DNA of 64,000 bases, taken from positions 66,450 to 130,449 of the IMG/VR virus record IMGVR_UViG_3300024999_000045; one strand, 5' to 3'. Position 1 is the first letter of the stretch. Each line of letters opens with the position of its first letter. Of the stretch, positions 60,360 through 64,000 are shown in pieces. This stretch comes from a virus. Both the position numbers and the translations under genes were made by a program. The notes under the pieces are model-generated. The model was not told the DNA's origin. It worked only from the letters and a program-made list of their open reading frames with translations, and did no database searches.

Positions 60360-61565
60360 TTAATTATCTTCTTTTTGCCTACAAATTTTACAACTAGGAT
60401 AAAATCCATCCTTAGTATTAGGATGTTTTCCAAAATGTCTTTCATTTGCTAATTTAATTTTATTACATCTCGAACATTTTTTATATTTTCCTTTAACAAT
60501 ATTTAAGTAGTACCAATCTTCATATATTTCTTCAAATTTATCTTTAACTAGTTTGCAAATACTATTTAATCTACAAGTAATATTTTGATGTTTGCATCCT
60601 AACATTCCAGCAATAGATTCAAATGTTGCATCTTCATCACGCCACAATCTAATTATTTCTTTTTGAAGGTCGTCTAAATTAATATCATTTAATATCTGTT
60701 CCATATCATATATTAAAACACCTAAATCAGTAGATATTCCTCTTGGTGACATTTTTAATAAAGCTAAAATTTGTCTTTTATCAAACCAATCAAACATATC
60801 AAAATCAACAAAACATGAATCTTGAGTTATGTGCTTAAATACAATTGGCTTCTTTATTATATTTTTTAAGTCTATTTGGTCTTTTCTCATAAGTTTCATT
60901 TGATGTCTGTATCTTTTACTAAGTAATTTATATTTCATATATTGTTTGAAATTCTTTTTACATTTTTCAATTAATCCTTTTTCATAATCACGAACATATA
61001 TTAATCTTTTTCTCATTCCATCTATTGAAAACTGATACTTGTTTAAACTCTCAAGTTTTTCATCTTTGTAATCATCTTTAAAAATTACTTGCTGATTAGA
61101 CATTTTATAATTATCACCTTTACGAATTAAATAATCTATAACTTCGTAATAATTACCGTCATCCATATTTTCATTTTTCAAAACATCATCAAGCTTCAAT
61201 TCTCTATTAATTAGATTTTTAAATTTTTCTTCTGTGTAAAAGTTGTATTTTACTTTCTTATCCATTTTTTCACCATCTGGAGCAAATAATAAATAATTAG
61301 CCATTTTTTCTAACTCTTTACTAACTGGATCATCTGAACTCAATATACCAGATTTATTTGGATTAGGATTAAAATATGGTTTAGTTTTATTCTGATCATA
61401 ATATTCTTCAAAAAATCCATCTAAATTTCCAGCCTCGTTATATAATATTTTATTTACTTCATCTAATCTTCCTTCTGTGGTTGTAACATTAAAATCTAAA
61501 TTATTAACAAAATAATTCGCTGTCTTTCCATTTAATTCACCTTTTAATTTATTATATAACATCAT
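60360..61565 (-). CDS. Putative phage transcription factor with a sigma-region-4-like HTH and a C-terminal zinc finger
   Basis: LQKEIIRLW...TFESIAGMLGCKHQNIT; CSRC...CKIC; heads the late-gene strand. Confidence 0.55.
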   Translation of the reverse strand: MMLYNKLKGELNGKTANYFVNNLDFNVTTTEGRLDEVNKILYNEAGNLDGFFEEYYDQNKTKPYFNPNPNKSGILSSDDPVSKELEKMANYLLFAPDGEKMDKKVKYNFYTEEKFKNLINRELKLDDVLKNENMDDGNYYEVIDYLIRKGDNYKMSNQQVIFKDDYKDEKLESLNKYQFSIDGMRKRLIYVRDYEKGLIEKCKKNFKQYMKYKLLSKRYRHQMKLMRKDQIDLKNIIKKPIVFKHITQDSCFVDFDMFDWFDKRQILALLKMSPRGISTDLGVLIYDMEQILNDINLDDLQKEIIRLWRDEDATFESIAGMLGCKHQNITCRLNSICKLVKDKFEEIYEDWYYLNIVKGKYKKCSRCNKIKLANERHFGKHPNTKDGFYPSCKICRQKEDN

Positions 61566-61580
61566 CTCTTATTTCTCCTT

Positions 61581-61760
61581 TTAATATTCAACTGCATCAA
61601 CAAATTTGACGATTTTAAATTTATATTTTTTAGTACATTTCTTGCAGCAATAATTATCATCTTCTGTATTTACATATATATGTTGATAGTTCTCAAACTC
61701 TTTGCCACAATAATGGCATTCTTCATATATATCGTTTATTATTTCTTTATTATCTCTCAT
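61581..61760 (-). CDS. Small zinc-finger protein (59 aa), not in the ORF track
   Basis: CHYCG...YCCKKC; GGAGG RBS. Confidence 0.65.
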   Translation of the reverse strand: MRDNKEIINDIYEECHYCGKEFENYQHIYVNTEDDNYCCKKCTKKYKFKIVKFVDAVEY

Positions 61761-61803
61761 ACAAAATCCTCCACAAACATTAATTAAATGTTATTATGTT
61801 TAT

Positions 61804-61917
61804 ATTATATCATGGAAATTGATTCTTGTCAATAACGTGAATTACTTATAATTTCCAATGATAAATATGAAAGAATTAATTCACGGTCTTGACAAATAAG
61901 AAATAAAGTGTTACAAT
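61804..61917. promoter_or_regulatory. Divergent pair of sigmaA promoters with an inverted repeat between them
   Basis: - strand TTGACA(61832)-N17-TATAAT(61809); + strand TTGACA(61889)-N17-TACAAT(61912) with TG; CGTGAATTA/TAATTCACG at 61836 and 61877. Confidence 0.75.
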
Positions 61918-62013
61918 AAAAACATTATAATAAAAAGTAATGAAATTTAATCAAAAATATCACCTACTCAAAGTCAAAAAATAAGCTTTGAGTAATTTTT
62001 AAAAAGGGAGATG

Positions 62014-62092
62014 AAGTCGGTTTTGATACGGCTCCGTATCAATATTTCATTTTTTTTGAAAAAGTGATACGGCTCCGTATCAAAACCGACTT
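62014..62092. repeat. Nested palindrome and direct-repeat element
   Basis: TGATACGG-CT-CCGTATCA at 62024 and 62065, enclosed by AAGTCGGTTT...AAACCGACTT. Confidence 0.9.
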
Positions 62093-62363
62093 GTAATGAA
62101 TTAACTAATATAAAGAATTAACATATAATTGCGAATTCGTTCCGAATATCGCTTGAGGGTTCGTTAGGGTTTCTCTTTTTAAAAATTTTATTGTTACTTT
62201 TTCATAGTATATTTTTACACTATTCTTTTATGTGATAGGTTGTTTTTTATTTTATAAATACTTTATTATTTGGATTATGTTTTAAAACTTTACTTTTCAA
62301 TTTGATTTTCTGTTTTGTTTTAAATTTAGTTTTCCTGCTATAAAATTATTGGAGGTTATGTTT

Positions 62364-63065
62364 ATGGGTTATGCTAAGTTACAAAAAGATTTCTTTTACA
62401 ATAATAAAAAAGTTTCTTTTAAAGATATTGGGACATTAGGATTCTGTTTGTATTGTTATTTGGTTAGGAGTCAAAGATTTGATAATGGCATTAGTGTTAG
62501 TGTTGATGTTATACTTGAAGAGTTGTATCTTCAACGTAGAGATAAAAATGATATTATCAATTCTTTGCTTGATTTAGAAAAGTATAGTCTTATTACTATT
62601 GATCAATGTAATAGTGTTTTTGATGATAAGATTAATATTCACGCTATCATACATATTAGTATTATTGAGTCTGAGAATTATATTCCTATGAATAGTTATG
62701 ATTGGGATATTTATAAATACTTTACCAAAAATAAAAGTTCTTATGTTTTGTATTGGTTGATACAGGTTTACTATAGTAAAGATTATAAATATTCTTTCCC
62801 ATCATATGAATTAATGTGTTATGTTACTGGTTTTAGTAATTCAACTATTGGTAAGATTATTGATGAATTTAGAGTTATGGGAATATTTCATGTTTATAAT
62901 AAAGGTTGGAGAGATTTAGAGCTAGGTGTGACTCAGAAAAAAAAATACAATAATGAATACAATATTAATATTCCAGGTATTGAGAAGATTTTAGATATGA
63001 GTGTTATAGAATATAAAGCTCTGGCTAGTGAATTAAAGAAAAAAGATTCTTCTACAATAGAGTAG
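62364..63065 (+). CDS. Tandem winged-helix protein, replication-initiator-like
   Basis: Two wHTH-like units (FCLYCYL...; YSFPSYELMCYVTGFSNSTIGKIIDEF); start MGYAK after a GGAGG RBS. Confidence 0.55.
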   Translation: MGYAKLQKDFFYNNKKVSFKDIGTLGFCLYCYLVRSQRFDNGISVSVDVILEELYLQRRDKNDIINSLLDLEKYSLITIDQCNSVFDDKINIHAIIHISIIESENYIPMNSYDWDIYKYFTKNKSSYVLYWLIQVYYSKDYKYSFPSYELMCYVTGFSNSTIGKIIDEFRVMGIFHVYNKGWRDLELGVTQKKKYNNEYNINIPGIEKILDMSVIEYKALASELKKKDSSTIE

Positions 63066-63158
63066 TATAATATAAACATTATTATATTGTTTAGTTGTTT
63101 GTAATAATTTAATGTTTAAGTTTGTGAAATTTGTTAATAATTATTCTGAGGTGATATT

Positions 63159-63278
63159 GTGAGTTTGACATTGAGTGAAATTGAAAAGTTGCTTATTGCA
63201 GATAATGTAAAATATAGGTATGATTATTATGAAGATTGTAGAATTATTATTGATGCGTTTGGAAATATTTATGCTTGA
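63159..63278 (+). CDS. Small ORF (39 aa, GTG start)
   Basis: GAGGTG RBS; translated by hand. Confidence 0.4.
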   Translation: MSLTLSEIEKLLIADNVKYRYDYYEDCRIIIDAFGNIYA

Positions 63279-63279
63279 T

Positions 63280-64000
63280 GGTAAAAGTTAATATTTATTC
63301 ATTTAAAGGCTCTAGGATTAAATTTATATGGTTAGGTAGGTATTTTATCAAGCGATGAATAATAATTGATTCTAGGTACCATTCTGTTGCAAGGAAAGGT
63401 ATGTGCGTTATAATGTTTATGTTATTGTGGTATTAATTTTGAGTATTAATGTTATTTTTATATTATTAGATAAAATTTAATATGATTTGAGATAGTAGAT
63501 CTAATTTTAGGTCTATTTTTTATGCTTATTTTTATGTGTAAATTTAATTTGTGTTTGCAGCTAAAGATTTATAATTTCCAGTTTGAGATATTTTTAGATA
63601 TCATATAACCAAAATTTTATAGATTTATATGATATGCAATTATTATGTTTATTGTGTGGTAATTTAGCGTGATATCGATGTGATGTATGCCTGGTATGGA
63701 TTTAGGGTAATTTTAGGTAGGATTATAGGGAATAAATTTGCGCTGATTTAGGTTGGATTTGAGTGATTTTAGGTAAATTCGAATAGATGTAGTGATGGTA
63801 TAGGTTTATAGGGTATTAGGGTAAGAATATGGGTAAATTTGTGATTTGTGATAGTGCTGTAAGTGGTGTGGTTATTGAGGTTATCGAGTGGTGATTCGAT
63901 GTGATTTTAGGGTGGATTGGGATGTTTTGAGTGGAAATGGGGTGATTTGGGAATTGTTGGTATTTATTGGTATTTTGGATAGGATGGGAATTATTTTTAG
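63280..64000. other. Non-coding, strongly G/T-skewed tract
   Basis: No long ORF; only 3 C in the last 160 nt of the + strand. Confidence 0.8.

Overview
About 64 kb of a very AT-rich, large temperate siphovirus genome with SPbeta/c-st-like organisation. The host is probably a clostridial Firmicute (inference from gene families, RBS and sigmaA promoters). Left arm (+ strand, 1-13.5 kb): small early genes, DNA ligase, a ThyX-like gene, nucleotidase, RusA and Tmk, a phage-borne agr-like peptide-signalling operon (agrC-like, agrB, agrD), and a large serine integrase followed by an intact attP. The phage is therefore in its non-integrated form. The - strand (13.7-61.8 kb) carries lysis, tail, head and packaging genes, a tRNA-Thr and a candidate structured RNA. 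The right end holds divergent promoters, a nested palindrome, a tandem winged-helix (initiator-like) gene and a strongly G/T-skewed non-coding tract. Five group I introns split four genes (ThyX-like, tape measure twice, a tail protein, terminase large subunit); two of them encode LAGLIDADG endonucleases. Most notable: (1) the AgrC-like receptor lacks its phospho-His and ATP-binding boxes and is paired with a Ser-type AgrD, with no response regulator in the window; (2) a family of palindromic ATAAAA-N6-TTTTAT sites brackets gene modules; (3) a coiled-coil-less mini recombinase zinc-domain protein lies across attP; (4) three free-standing endonuclease genes share one switch-like leader design; (5) a recurring 13-bp phage promoter/operator motif. 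No CRISPR array, rRNA or reverse transcriptase was seen.
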